DNA of 64,000 bases from the human T2T-CHM13v2.0 reference genome, Homo sapiens (GCF_009914755.1 NC_060926.1), one strand, 5' to 3'. Positions 1 to 13,599 are shown, counted from the first letter of the stretch. The notes: generated from the sequence alone by a model not told the origin. Made by a program: numbers and translations.

Positions 1-1353
1 GCTGTGCATTATTACATAGCCATTATTAGTGGATTGGAAATGAAAATGAGTGTGCATTTTTCTCTCAGTTGCTCTGTGGATGTCAATCGTGGCTAAAGTG
101 AGTCAATGTGGTACAGTGAACACAGCGGTAAACTGAGGCACCCCAAAGCATGGCTAACTACATGGTAGCCATACCTCAACTTCCACATCTGAAGAATAGA
201 GGGCTAGAGTAGACAATGTCTCAGGTTCTTTTCAATGTTAAGATTTTGTTTTTCCATTTTGTATTGACAGTAAAAACTTGACTTCAAACCTGTCCAGCTT
301 ACACTTGAAATTCTACTCATGCAGGTGACTGGAGTCAGGGAGAGAGCCTGTGCCTGTGCGAGGAATGGTACATAACCTCCGTGCTCCTTGGAAAATCAGC
401 AGCAGCATTTTCGTATCTGAAGAATCTCTATGCCAACTATGTCAACCTTTTCAGATGTGCAAATTGCACCTAGTAGGTACAAGGGCTAGCAGATGGCTCT
501 AATTTCAGAGTGCCCTTGACTACTAAAAAGAAGGCACTGATGAGAATTTGTCTCAGGCCAGTATTTGGTTCTGCTACATATAGAAGGGATTAGCCCTTCA
601 CTCGGAGGATCACCAGCACATACTCTCTGTGTGGCCCAGTCCAACTTCTGTCCTGTGGGCTGCTGCCCTGTTCTACCACCTAGTGCCCAGGCAAAACCCA
701 CATTTTAAAATGCAAAGGAATAACCACTGCATGGTAAACTTAGTGGGAAGGAATCATACATACTACAGGATCAGATGTGCATCCACAGGAGCAATTTTCT
801 GAATTGACCAAGAAGGTAAGAGCATCTCTGACTTTGGTCACTTTAGAGTAAGAATGGTCTTGTTCTACCTGCCCCTGATTAAGCCTCCAGGGAGCTTAGG
901 AAACACAGTCTAGAAAAGACTACCTCAAAAATGTAGACATATTCTACTGTGGAGGAAAAAATGTGAACGCAGATATTGATCACATCTTGTGTTACCCCTT
1001 CTCTCCAAACTTATCTCCAAAGGCAGAGAGGATGGAGGCTGTCTGGAGGCTCCTCCTGGCATATTTAACTCCCTCCTGTCCCCCTCCTACTTGCATATAT
1101 GGACTTCTGCACTTAGGCGCAGGCTTCTCTGCCTGAGGTGGCCCATTCTCAAATGCGGGCCCCTGCAGGCCAGAAATCTCTCCTCCCTCTCTTTACACAA
1201 CCTTCTGAGTCTCATGTGTAGTAGGTGCTCAATAAGTGTTTGCTGAATTGAGCCCCGTTTTTCCACTGAGAGAGACTAAGGCATAAAGGCTTCAGATCAC
1301 GCAGTTCATGGAGCCACTGGGGCTTCTCTCCCTCACCTGGCCTGATGTTTTCA

Positions 1354-1660
<307 letters not shown>

Positions 1661-2156
1661 TTTCCTTAAGGAAGGGATGGACTGGGGAGGCCTGGCTTGG
1701 GGGTCACTCCTAGGTGGCGACGCAGACCCTGAGCGCTTGCTTTGCAAGGGGACGAACTGAGCCATCTTTTTGCTATCATTTATCCGTCCCAAATAAGCAG
1801 CTCTCAGAAAGTTTCCGTTTTGAAACTTCTCCGACACTCCTATCCCGGGCTGGCTCCGGGCGCCAGAGCCGAGAGGAGTTACCTGCGAGACCAAGCCCCC
1901 CCGCCCCCGCCGCCCGACCCCCGCAGGAGCCAGGAGGGTGCCGGGCCGCGCGAGTGGGGTGCTGGGCCTAGACAAGAGGCTGCAGGACACCACCCGCTCC
2001 CCCCATGCTCAGGACTGCTGACACACGAACCCCTACAAACGCGGCCGCCCTTGCCCGCCAGCTTGGCCCCTAGCTTCGCCCCTTCTTCCTCTCCTTCGAC
2101 CACCCCGACCCCCCTCCCCAACGTACCGATCCAGTCCCCGACCCTGGGAGACTCAC

Positions 2157-2265
2157 CCTGCCACTCCAGGAGCCGCTCGGGGGTAAGCGCCGCCGCCACA
2201 CCCTCGGCGCAGCCCCGCGGCGCCCCCAGCAGCAGCAGCAGCAGCAGCGACGGCGACAGCAGCAT
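2157..2265 (-). CDS. PLA2R1: Secretory phospholipase A2 receptor (M-type PLA2R), coding exon 1: signal peptide and N-terminus; gene continues beyond the left edge
   Basis: ATG at 2265-2263 gives MLLSPSLLLLLLLGAPRGCAEGVAAALTPERLLEWQ, the recognised PLA2R1 N-terminus. It ends at a consensus donor CAGG|GTGAGT (2157/2156), 109 nt, phase 1. Confidence 0.97.
2227..2247 (-). repeat. (CTG)7 trinucleotide repeat encoding the poly-Leu signal-peptide core
   Basis: (cag)7 on the + strand inside the PLA2R1 exon 1 CDS. Confidence 0.95.
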
Positions 2266-4664
2266 CGCTAACCACTGGGCTCTCCGGGAGCCCCTTGTCC
2301 CGGGAGCCCCTTATCCCGGGAGCCCAGAGCCGCGTCCCAAGCACCCGGCCCCGCCGCGCGGAAGCGGATCTGTAGCCTCCTCCGCGCCCCACCCCTCCGG
2401 GGGCCTTGCCAGCCCAGAGCCCTGGAGACCCACTCCGCCACCGCTGTCTCCACAGTGAACCGACACTCGGGGCTCTGGGCTGGGATGCGGGAAAGTCGCG
2501 GAGGTTTTCCTCGCCCCACCCACTGCGGCTTGGGGAAGGAGGAGGAGGAGGGGTGGGCCATCTGCCCATCCCAGAAATTCCTGCCTTTGGGGTGGGGACA
2601 GGCGGAGTGAGGCTGCTCGGGTCACACTCTCCGCTCCTCTAGCTTGCAGCCCTGCTCTCTCCTTTCTGGGGGAGGCCGAAGAGGAGTTGTGGGTGAGCGA
2701 TTTGAGAATCTCCGGGACAAGGAGCCTGACATCCGGGTTTGCAAACCACCTGGATTCTGGTAAACACCGCGGATTTGCAGCGGGCAGCCTAGAGTGAACC
2801 CAGCTGCTCCGCGACGCAGGCGCTTTGGGAGGGTCCTGGACTCCTTTGACTTGTGGAGCACTGGAGACACCTGAGGGGCCACGCCGTGGTCTCCACCTTC
2901 CTTGCCCCAGAGTAACCCGGAGATTCTTCTATTCAGCTCCTTCGGTTTTGAAATAACCTCCTCTTTCCAACTCCTTTGATCCCCCAAGCCCCGCAAAGTA
3001 GCCGGGGTCCCTATTATCCCATTTTTACAGCTGAGAAACCCTGCCCAGAAAGTCGAAGTGCTTTGCTCTAGGTTACTTCCTAATCCAGCAAAAGTTACTC
3101 TCTAGCAAGTAGGACAGCCCTGGCTAGAATGTAGTCGTTCTAACTGTCCTCCTTCAAATAACCAGCAGAACACTGGAAGCGTTTAATATTCTGAGAACAG
3201 GCTCATATAAGACCTTTCCTCAGCGGGACCTTGACATTAGTCATTAAAACATAAGAGAGGGGGAGGGGAGGGGCAGAAAGCAGAGCCTGGAAGGAAATGC
3301 CTAGCAGGGAGCAAGATTGAAGGTCAGAGCCAAATGGGGAAGAAGGGAAAGTGGTTGCCTTGGCCATGGCCTTAACAAAAGGTGCTCAGTCCTGCAGGAA
3401 CCTCAGAGAGCCTCAGAACTGTCTGTCGAGGACAAAAGGGGCAAGCGTTTATCCATGGACTTTATCCTTCCCTGTTGGTAAGGGAGATCCTAGGGTTATT
3501 AACTCCTCTGCACTGTTCTACAGCAGTGGTGAGTTTCAGTCATGGTCCCATACCTTGTCTCTTAGAAGCCCTGGGTGCATAGCATGGCAAAAGGTGAGGC
3601 GCTGTCAGGTTGTTTCTCAGAGGGTTGGGGGGTGGGGGACAGCCGGGGGAAACAGGCTGCAGAGGGGGCTGGAATAAGAGGTGGGTTGAGAGGATGTGAG
3701 AGGTTCCAATGTGTGTAGAGTTTATAACATATCATTACATGTAGAATTCAGCATCCTTGCTTGAAAACATGCAGAAAAGAGATGCTTTAAGCCTAGTAGA
3801 TTACACAGACTTCAGCCACAAACTATGTATCCATCTCTCCTATGGCCTCAGAACTACATTGCTATGGGAATATCCCCGTAGTATTATGATAGAAGATTTG
3901 GCCCTGCCCGAGCAGGCTGGCATGTATTGCAGCAGGCAAGTGCAATGCACATGACATAATTAGGTCATAAAACAGGACACTGATGCTAATCTCTGGTGAG
4001 GTCCAGGGCAGTGAGAGTAAAGGGGAGAGAGACTAGGCTGGAGTGGGCATAGAGGCCTAACTATGCTCAGATAGTATGGTGGGTATTGGGAGGAAGAGGC
4101 TGTTCTAGGATGGGAAGAAATTGTGAAAAAAAAAATTATACAAAGGTTGGAGTGAGAACTGCTTGTATGGGAGAGAGTGAGGCATGCCTGGCTGAAATAA
4201 AGGCAGCCACTGGGGCACCCTGACGAATGAGGACAGTTGCTGGGACATTGGGCTACCTCTCACTGGCTGTGGACCAGGGTGAGTTATTCACGTGCTATGG
4301 TCCTGTTTTAGTCTCTGTATAATGAGGGGGGAAAATGCCTCCCTTGACCCATAGCAGATGCTATTCTGAAGTAGCAGAGCTAGGTCTGTGAGTAGGATAA
4401 GAAGGGAGAAACAAACCTTATTTCATCTTCAGAGCAATTAGTATAATGAAGAGAGGTGATGACAGCTTCCTGGCCTACCAACCCCGTATTTTCTATTCAA
4501 CCATTAGAACACTCAGAAAAGAGCTACTTTTTCTTTTTTTAAAAAAAATCTCTTCCTGAAACACTGCAGCTTTGAAATGGAAATCTGTGGTAAAGGGCTT
4601 TTTAACCTTCAAGAAAATGACCAGCACCCATATCCTGGGCTCACGTGTGTTTCAGGTTCATGAG

Positions 4665-4850
4665 GCAGTGTAGGGTCATGGTTAAATGAGGCAGCTCTGC
4701 CACTTACCAGCACACCACTTAGTTTGCCCCAGCCTCAGTTTCCTTCTGTGTAAAATGGAGATAATAATGTTTGCTTCATTGTGTGGTTGCATTAAATGAG
4801 CTAATGTATGCAGAGTGCTAGCACAGTGCTAACACACTGTAAAGTTCACC
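4665..4850 (+). mobile_element. MIR SINE fragment
   Basis: MIR core cctcagtttccttctgtgtaaaatggagataataat. Confidence 0.7.
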
Positions 4851-5179
4851 TCTGGGAGCTGTGGGTGTGTGGGGAGGGAGTGAGGAGCAGAGAGCAAGAG
4901 CAAAGGAGAGCTCAGAAGCCATGCTACAGAGCACTGTGCTAGTGGTAATTATGGCTCTGGACTTCAGCTGGGGAACACAGCAGGGAGGGCTCAGTGCCTG
5001 CTGGCCTTTGTACAGCTTCCCATTGCTTCCCTTCTCCTTTGGAGTTGGAATTCATTATTTATATCTCTCACCTGAATGTGAGTTCCAGGGCAGCACACTT
5101 CCTGGCACTTAGTCATCTCTCAGTCTCTGCTGAATGAGCGAAGGAATGAGGGAGGAAAAGAAAGAGGTTGAAAGAAATG

Positions 5180-5389
5180 AAGTCAGTCTTCACTTAACGT
5201 CATCTATAGGTTCTTAGAGACTATGATTTTAAGCAAAATGGCATAATGAAACCAATTTTCTTTTTCTCATCAATGTCATAATGAAATCACAGTGAAGGAA
5301 ATAATGTTGTTTGAGGACCTGCTGTATGTCATTTCACTTAAAATTGCAGTTTCCAAGAACCTGTCCATGGTGTTAAGTGAAGACTTACT
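5180..5389. mobile_element. MER6-family (TcMar-Tigger) non-autonomous DNA transposon
   Basis: ~210 bp with terminal inverted repeats agtcttcacttaac ... gttaagtgaagact and a MER6-like interior. Confidence 0.7.
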
Positions 5390-5589
5390 GTACAGTGTGT
5401 GGAGTGATTTGAAACTTGAGAAAAATATTAAAACTTTGAATGGTATTGACAGTAAAGAAAATGGGATTTAAAACTCAATGTATAGGTTGCGGTTTGTCAA
5501 AATTAACAAAACTTTTTGAGCACTGTATGAATCAGGGTATCAGCAAGAAAGGGTGAGGTCCTGGTTTGTTGAATGTTTACCCAAGGGAC

Positions 5590-6032
5590 TGTGAACCCCC
5601 AAAATTTGAGATGGGCCTCAGTTAATTTAGAAAGTTTATTTTGCCAAGGTTGAGGACACACACCCGTGACACAGCCTCAGGAGGTCCTGATGACCTGTGC
5701 CTAAGGTGTTCAGAGCACAGTTTGGTTTTATACATTTTAGGGAGACATGAGACATCAATCAATGTATGTATGATGAACATTGGTTTGGTCTGGAAAGGCG
5801 GGACAACTTGAAGTGGAGAGCGGGGCTTCCAGGTCATAGGTAGATAAGTGACAAGTGGTTGCATTCTTTCAAGTTTCTGATTAGCCTCTCCAAAGCAGGC
5901 AATCAGATATGCGTTTATCTTGGTGAGAAGTCTTTGAATAGAATGGGAGGCAGGTTTGCTATAAGCAGTTCCCAGTTTGACTTTTCCCTTTAGCTTAATG
6001 ATTTGGGGGGCCCAAGATATTTTTCTTTCGCA
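5590..6032 (-). repeat. 3' LTR (MER4A1-like)
   Basis: TG..CA ends. On the minus strand it is preceded by the polypurine tract AAAAGGGGGGAAA (6033-6045) and has TATAAAA near 5727-5733 and AATAAA at 5635-5640. Confidence 0.9.
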
Positions 6033-6065
6033 TTTCCCCCCTTTTCTTTTGAAAAATCTTTTGAA

Positions 6066-6358
6066 GGCCGAGCATGGTGGCTCACACCTGTAATCACAGC
6101 ATTAAGGGAGCCTGAGGCACGTGGATCACCTGAGGTCAGGAGTTCAAGACCAGCCTAGCTAACATGGTGAAACCTCGTCTCTACTAAAGATACAAAAATT
6201 AGCTGGGTGTGGTGGTGCACGCCTGTAATCCTAGCTACTCAGGAGGCCGAGGCAAGAGAATCGCTTGAACCTGAGAGGCAGAGATTGCAGTGAGCTGAGA
6301 TCATGCCACTGCACTCCAGCCTGCATGATAGGTGCATTCTCTGTCTCAAAAAAATAAA
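6066..6358 (+). mobile_element. AluS inserted into the MER4 provirus
   Basis: Full dimer. Degenerate TSD aaatcttttgaa / aaatcgtttgga. Confidence 0.92.
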
Positions 6359-9300
6359 TCGTTTGGAGCAAATTAGTCTCTGGTTCCAGGTTTAGTCTTT
6401 TATCTGATATCTCATGGCTAGGATGATTTATTCCTAGACAGGTAGGTCCTGAGTTATTAGGAAAGCTCATTTTTAGAAAGTTGTGAAGTCTCATGTCCTA
6501 TGAAGAGAAAATAGGGGGAGGAAGGGAGAACAACAACAATAAACAAAAGAAATATTTTGGAAAATCAATGTAGACCACATTACTCTGAAGTCCATACATC
6601 AGTAGGCAGGTATGAAAGTGGCTTATGTATGTAAATAGGTTTTGCTGTTATTTTCTTCTGAAGTTCAAGTTGTCTAGTTTCAGTTTGCAGAGCTTTACAA
6701 AAGCACAGCTTTGTTTTCAGTGACTCCAAATTAGGAAAAATGGGGGGAAAAGGAAAAAAAATTAAAAACATTATTTTGAAAACTTATAGCCAAAAAAAAT
6801 TAGAATTCAGTCCAAACTGTAGAAAATAATAAAACTGAAAAACATCAGACAAGACTAGAATCTAACAACAGGTGTACTACAGTTTTTGAAACATAATTTT
6901 TCTCTCTCCAGTTTCCCATTTTTAAAGACAAATCATGGTAGGACTGATTTGCTTTATTATACTTATCCTAATTATTTGCATACTGTGCAGCAAGAATAAT
7001 TATTTTTTTACATAGGCTTTTAAATTGTCTTTGGTGGGACTTTATTCCATAGAAGGAATCTCAGATAAGACTTTTTTAAAGCCGAGCCCAGCCGTGAATT
7101 TGTGCCACCTAATACCTATGAATTGGGTGATCCTTTCCTCTTGAGGTTCCAAGATAAACTTGGAGCTCCTGGGCCTGTCAGAAAGTAACATTCTTTACTT
7201 ACCACAGGTCAGGAACCCTGTACAGGGAAGGTATGAGACCAGTTTCCCCAAGGGCTTTTATTGACTCCATAAGTCAAGTTTGATTCCTTAAAGGAAAGCA
7301 CACCATTAAAGCCTTGGTAAAATAACCAATGTCTCCAATTGCGTCCTGTTGCAAAATGAAAACAGATTCTTATTGCAGTTATGCAAATAACTGTATTGCC
7401 ATAAGTTAAGAATACTCACAGATAGTTTCCAAATTCTGGAGAAATCAGGTAGAGGGAAACAGATATGCTCCAAATTGTGTTCATAGGAGTATACTAAATT
7501 GTTAAAGCTGTCAATAGCTCAAAAGAAAAGTTTCCTTGACTCTGAAAAAAGCAGAACAAAGGATCAGCAACATTTAAAGCAAAAATCAAAAAATTAGTCT
7601 TCTATCAGTTCAGTTTACATAGTTAACTCCTGTTCTGCTTGATATTCATGAACATTTCAGCTCTCCATGAGAGTCCTGAAAGTTTTTCCTCTATTCTAAT
7701 GTCACAATCTCCAAAGTTATCAGAAACCGGCATTTAAGAACACCTGTTAGACTTTTATAGCAGATTAGAAAACCACCTCCTAAAGAGGACCAAAACAAGA
7801 CAACAATTGTCTGTGGATGACAAAAAATTTTAGGGCAGCCATGGTCAAAGACACAATTGACAAGGAAATTTGTTACATCTGTGGCACACAATAATTTAAC
7901 ATAACAATTATAAGTATTACTGATAATATACAGTAAGTCATATCAGAATTATAGGAGTTCCCATGATTTTGGAACAGATACCATATATTTATATAAATAC
8001 AGCCTAAAGAAAACCAAACACCATTTCATCTTTGACAATGTTTCCTGTATAATATTTATACCAGACAAACCAAACTATGTCATCTTTGAACTTTAAGGAA
8101 CTTAATATCTTAAAGGATTGATTAGGTTAGAAAAAGACATAATTTATAATTTGATTTTGGAAAGTTCATCAAATATCAAAGGTTTAAAGCCCTTGATATC
8201 ACAAAATAAGATCATTCATTTAACCAAAGTGATAACTCAAGGATTTAAAAAGGCAAAAACCTTCATTCTTTGAGAAAGGAGACTTGACATTCCAAACAAT
8301 AAGCTCTAATAAAAACAGCATGAAGCCAATTAAATTTGTTTTTTGAAATTTTATAAATGATCTATAAAATTTTAATCTTGACCGTAAGATACAACTTCCA
8401 TAAGCCTTTTATAACCTTTATTGAGGAGTCAGTTAATGCTTCAAGAAAACCTTGTTAATTTGACAAAGGGGCCAATATGCTAGTCTTGCATCACTGCGCC
8501 TTTAACATTAATTATTACTTTTTAGAGAAACTGAACTTATTTTATCTTTCAAAATCAGCCCTTAGAATCTCACATGCCCACCTTTTCCATGATAGTTCCT
8601 GGGCCTTGAGTTGAAATAGCTTTAATTTCTGGTCCTGTGTCTTAGGAATGCAGTTTATTTTGATTGGCATCTCCTACAGGGCCTGAAAATGGGGCTTTAA
8701 TTGCTGTCAGTGTTTAAAATGTAGTAGGAGTTGTTGTCCTTTTTAGACCCAGGAGTCAAAGCCCTGTAACTCAGTGTCACAAGTATTTTAAAAGTGCATA
8801 TGGAGAGATGAAAGATAGATGGATGTAATAACCTTAATTAAAAAATTTTAATCTCAGTTTTTTTCCTAAGCAACCCAAAACTTAAATAATAATATGACAA
8901 CTTGATCATATAAAAGTTTTTGGTTTTTAAAAAAATAAATCCTCTTATTGTGACTTACATAGACCATTCATGACATGCTTGTACTTTCTGGTTTGTTTTG
9001 AACATCCCTCTTTCTTAAGCAACTAGTCATTTTACTCTAGGACTAAATTTACCATACGAGATTCTTTCTCATATGAAATTATTTCCCTTTACGCTTTCTC
9101 ACAAAAAAACCCCTCTTTATTTTAATAACTTTCTGTACATCTCTTTTATTTCCTGGTTCCTTTTACCTTGTTTTATACATGACCTTTAAATAAGCTTTGA
9201 ATTAGATAAAAATTGTTCACCTTTTTTTTTAAAGGACACATTTGTTTTGAATGTTTTCCTACAAATATATTTTTATTGGAAAATACCCAAATAATAAAAT

Positions 9301-9447
9301 ATATGTGATTTAATTTGATATAACTTTAGATTCTAAATTATGATGAGCTTGTCTACAAGTATTTATCCTATTATATTTACCTAATAATTTTTTTGTCATT
9401 TACTTAGAGTATTTACAAAAACCGTGATTGTCATTATTTAAAGTTAC

Positions 9448-9690
9448 AGAACCACCATTGCGAAATTGTAACTGAGAGAGTGGAAAAGATTTGACCTGAC
9501 TGACTCCATCTTACTTCTAACCTCCAAACTGTTCTGTTCATTCCTGGGCATAGGTCAAACTAACTTTGGGAGGAACTTAGTTGATAGTTTAGCTTTAAAA
9601 CAAAGACTGTGACAGTCCTTTCCCAAAACAAACCTTACTGCCTGTAGAATGGACCACCTAAAGCCACAAGATTAGAAGATATGGTAATCG
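9448..9690 (+). mobile_element. LTR8-like 5' fragment inside the MER4 internal region, opposite orientation
   Basis: gactccatcttacttctaacc...ttcattcctgggcatagg...aactaactttgggaggaacttagtt resembles the LTR8 5' end. Confidence 0.65.
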
Positions 9691-11012
9691 TACTAAATTC
9701 AAGATGTAGAATTTTTTATTAAACCAATATCAATATCTTATTAAAGATTACTCAAGCAAAGGTCTTTCTGATTTGGGCTGGGTGTATAGTTTTATAACCC
9801 CTATGCCAATTTTTGACAACTTATAGTATTTGGCAGGGAAAAATATGAAATTGCCTGATTTATAAATGCAAACAAAAACGTATGCTGGCAATTCTTAAGA
9901 CATTTCTAACAATACTTTACCAATAATTGTAAAGCTAACTTATTAAAGATTTTACTTAAGTTACATAAGCTTGAAAAAGCATTTGACTAGTCTTTTCTTT
10001 TATCCTGATAAAGTATTTGATTCAAGTGCTTTTATTTTCTTAACCCAATTAATTAGAGGTTTTTTATATATTTTCAGTAGTGAAACATTGTGTACACAAC
10101 AAATAAATACAAAGACATATTAGGCATGCTGATAGAAATACATCTTATAGATTCATAAAAACCTTTTTTTTTCTATCTTACACTTTCAGATTCTAGATAA
10201 ACTGTTTCACAGCCCTAGGCAGTTGTCAGCTAAATAGCCTTAAATTTGCATTTAAAGGAAACAACCCAGGTGAAAACCAAATAGCAAAATTTATGTCATA
10301 AGGTACAGAGAGAAAATATCTGGTGGTCCTAGAGGGATATTAAAGATGGATGCCAAATCAGACAAAAAATTATAGAAATCTATCACAGGATTGTATAAGA
10401 GGACCAATTTTGTCTACATAGGGACTACCTATCTTTTAACAGGATCTCTGAGCTCTGGGTAAAGCTCACACTGAATCCTGGGTCTCCAAAAAGGAAGAAT
10501 TATTATGAGTTTAGACCATGTGATGCTTTTACAGTGCACTTAAAAAAATTTTTTTTTAAATAAAGACATTTCCAAGTGTCTGAACAAACCACACTCTTCC
10601 TTAAAAAACCAAGAGTAACCTCTGCTGCAACAACTATTTTAGGCAAAACACACACACACACACAAAACAACCCAAACAAACAAACAAACAAACAGGAAAC
10701 ACAATACAAAAGTAAGCAGTTTAAGAGCTGAGACAAACTTGTCTGTTTTCATTCTTGTGATTCCATAAGGCAAAACAGGTTTCTCCCCTAAAGGGAGCCT
10801 GCTACCTTCTCTATTTTCTTTATGGAGCCCCACACTGCTATAAACTGTTTTAGGTACCCCATACAGCAGAGAGTGCAAAAGAAAGGAGAGACAACAGAAG
10901 TAAATGAAGAAAACAGAATTCAGGCAACTGAGAAGAAAAAACTTTTGCTCAAAAACAGACAAAGTCCTAGGAGAAAAACAAGAAGAAAAACATGAAGGCA
11001 TTTTAAATACAA

Positions 11013-11054
11013 ACACACACATATGCACACATACACACACACACACACACACAC
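11013..11054. repeat. Interrupted (CA)n microsatellite
   Basis: Direct reading. Confidence 0.9.
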
Positions 11055-11962
11055 CTTGGATGTTAGCTTTCAATTAAGCTGACTTTTAACCATTGAGCTT
11101 CTTTAAAAAAAATCTTTTTAAGTTCCATTACCATATTTCAGCTAGAACAAATTGCTGCAATTTCAGAAGTATCGCTATTGCTGTTTCAGTTTGGCCTGGC
11201 TAGCAAATAAGTGGTCTTGTTATGTAAGTAAAGCCACTTAGTAGTCAAAATCGAAAATCTTTCCTCTTTTTTTCCCTTTGCTGATCATTTTTCTCCCCTC
11301 TACCACACCACCTTTTTTTATATTTGTGGGAATTTAGCCACTTCAGAAGCCTTGTTCCCCATAATTTAGAACTTTCATTGGATTTGATCAAGTCAGAGTT
11401 GATCAAACCCAGTGGGAAAAAGACCCAACAATGAAAACAGAACCAAACAACCCACCCCCCAAAAAAAAACAGTTAAGCAAAACAAACCATTGTACAACTT
11501 ATGTGATTACTGAGTGCTCTAACAGTAAAGAGAAATTAAGACCAGTTGGTTGTTAACTTTTGCCAAGACAAAACCCCAGTTTACTTACCTAAGGGTGTGT
11601 CTCATGCTGAAAATGTATCTCCACCATCCTAGAAGCAGGAAAAAAAATAATAACTTATCTTCCCTGTTGGAAATGAGCTCAAACTCCATGAAGGGGTTAC
11701 CTGCCTTCCATTGTCATGGAAGCAGAAAAACTTGCCTTCCTTGTTGGAAGCAAGTAAAACTCCAGAAAAAAAAAAAAAAAAAAGGGAGTTGCAGCAAAAT
11801 AAACTTTAGATCTTGACCAAATTTTGGGAGATCAGGGATTCTCTGGAGGGGGTGCTCCCAGACTTCCACAAATTGTCCTATTGGTTTGAGCCATAAAGTT
11901 AGCTCATGCTGGTACCAAGCACTGAAAGGAGATTTGTCAAAGGTTAGGGACACCTCCACTCA

Positions 11963-11982
11963 GAATCCCTTCATGGTTACCA
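11963..11982 (-). other. Primer-binding site, tRNA-Arg(TCG)-like
   Basis: Minus strand TGGTAACCATGAAGGGATTC just inside the 5' LTR. It is close to the complement of the tRNA-Arg(TCG) 3' end as recalled, with one CpG-type mismatch. Confidence 0.7.
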
Positions 11983-11985
11983 AAA

Positions 11986-12435
11986 TATGAACACTGAAAA
12001 TTTATGACAGGTCTCAGTTAATTTAGAAAGTTTATTTTGCCAAGGTTGAGGATGCATGCCCATGACACAGACTCAGGATGTCCTGGTGACATGTGCCCAA
12101 AGTGCTCAGAGCACAGTTTGGTTTTATACATTTTAGGGAGACATGAGACATCAATCAACATATGTACGATGAACATTCGTTTGGTCTGTAAAGACAGGAC
12201 AACTCGAAGTGGAGGAGGGGGCTTCCAGGTCATAGGTAGATAAGAGACAAATGAGTGCATTCTTTTGAGTTTCTGATTAGTCTCTCCAAAGGAGACAATT
12301 AGATATACATTTATCTCAGTGAGCAGAGCGGTGACTTTGAATAGAATGGGAGGTAGGTTTCCTCTAAGCAGTTCCCAGTGGGACTTTTCCCTTTAGCTTA
12401 GTGATTTTGGGGGCCCAAGATATTTCCCTTTCACA
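11986..12435 (-). repeat. 5' LTR (MER4A1-like)
   Basis: Aligns end to end with 5590-6032 and is followed on the minus strand by the PBS. Confidence 0.9.
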
Positions 12436-12804
12436 GGACTATTTACAAATGTATGGGCAGAATGAAGGGAACCAAAACAGGATGATGAAGCACCCAGCTT
12501 CTGGCAAGAATGAAGCTGTCTTTACCACAGGTAGACCTGAAGGAACACAGGGGCAGGGAGCAGTTACAGGGGCCTAATGAAAGCTGTGCCCTTGGGACAG
12601 AGGACATCTGCTAGGACAAGAGAACAGCAACTACTACCAACTGAAGCCTGGTGGGGAGGAAGCTAAGACAGTAAATACCCTGTCTGTCTTCTCCTGCTTT
12701 CTGACCTCTTCCCGTTGGCAGAACCCAGCTGGAATTCAGTGGGCAAAGAAGTCCACAGAAGCCAGCTTCCCAGAGTACAGAGCAGAGTGGAGGATGATAG
12801 AAAG

Positions 12805-13180
12805 AAAAATATTGTATGATCTCATTTATTTGCAGAATCTTAAAAAATAAAGTTGAATAAATAGGAACAGAGTAGAACAGTGGTTACCAGGGGGAGGAAA
12901 TGGAAGAAAGTCAAGGATACAAATTTGCAGTTATGTAGGATGAGTAAGTCTGGAGATCTAATGTATATCATGAGGATTCTAGCTAATGATATTGTATTGT
13001 ATACTGAAAAGTTGCAAAAAGAGTAGATTTTAGGTGATACTAGTACACATACATAAAGGCAACTATGGAAGGTGATGGAAGTGTTAATTTTTTGGCTTTT
13101 AATCATTTCACTATGTGTATATATATGTCAAAACATTATGTTGTATACCTTAAACACATACAATAAAAATAAATTTTAAA
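12805..13180 (+). mobile_element. Old L1M 3' end
   Basis: gagtagaacagtggttaccagggg...ggagatctaatgta...aataaaaataaa, typical of an L1MA/MB 3' UTR. Confidence 0.75.
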
Positions 13181-13599
13181 AAGCAATAAACATACAACTA
13201 CTATATTTGTTTTCTAGGGCTGCCATAACAAAGTACCACAAACTGGGTGGCTTAAAACAATGGGAATTCATTCTCTCTGTTTTATAGACCAGGAGTCCAA
13301 AGTCAAGTACATCAAAGGAATGAACTATTGATGCATGCAACATGACTGTATCTCCAAATAATTCTGCTGAGTGAAAGAAGCTAGACAAATAAGAGTATAT
13401 GCTTTATGACTGCATTTATAGAAAATTCTGGAAAATGTAAACTGATATGTAGTGACAGAAAAACAGATCAGTGGTTGCCTGGGAATGGGAATGAAGGGCT
13501 AGCATGGACAGAGACTTAGCTGAGTCAAGAAGGAACGCACAAATACTCCAGACAGACTGAATAGAGGTGAGAGTGCACATAAAATGTGCTTCAGAGACT

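Larger units (their letters stand above)
1720..2900. promoter_or_regulatory. PLA2R1: CpG island / PLA2R1 promoter and 5' UTR
   Basis: Very GC- and CpG-rich block spanning exon 1, with a GC box (ccccgcc ~2349) and an ETS-like cggaag (~2359). The TSS is inferred at roughly 2400-2500 and is not directly visible. Confidence 0.9.
5590..12435 (-). mobile_element. ERV1 provirus, MER4A1-type LTRs with non-coding MER4-like internal region
   Basis: Direct ~445-bp LTRs at 5590-6032 and 11986-12435. Perfect 4-bp TSD GGAC (5586-5589 / 12436-12439). PBS next to the right LTR and PPT next to the left LTR. No long retroviral ORF. Confidence 0.92.

Noticed and set aside
1879-2156. C-terminal part of the 128-aa ORF 1879..2265
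   Set aside because: Read-through into intron 1 past the consensus donor at 2157/2156. Not PLA2R1 protein.
1742-2458. 238-aa + strand ORF and other overlapping ORFs across the CpG island
   Set aside because: Low-complexity Pro/Ser/Ala product, non-ATG start, antisense to PLA2R1 exon 1. Long ORFs are expected in GC-rich, stop-poor DNA.
5622-12260. Pair of similar 80-aa ORFs (5622..5864 and 12018..12260) suggesting a duplicated small gene
   Set aside because: They are the two LTRs of one provirus, with no coding signature.
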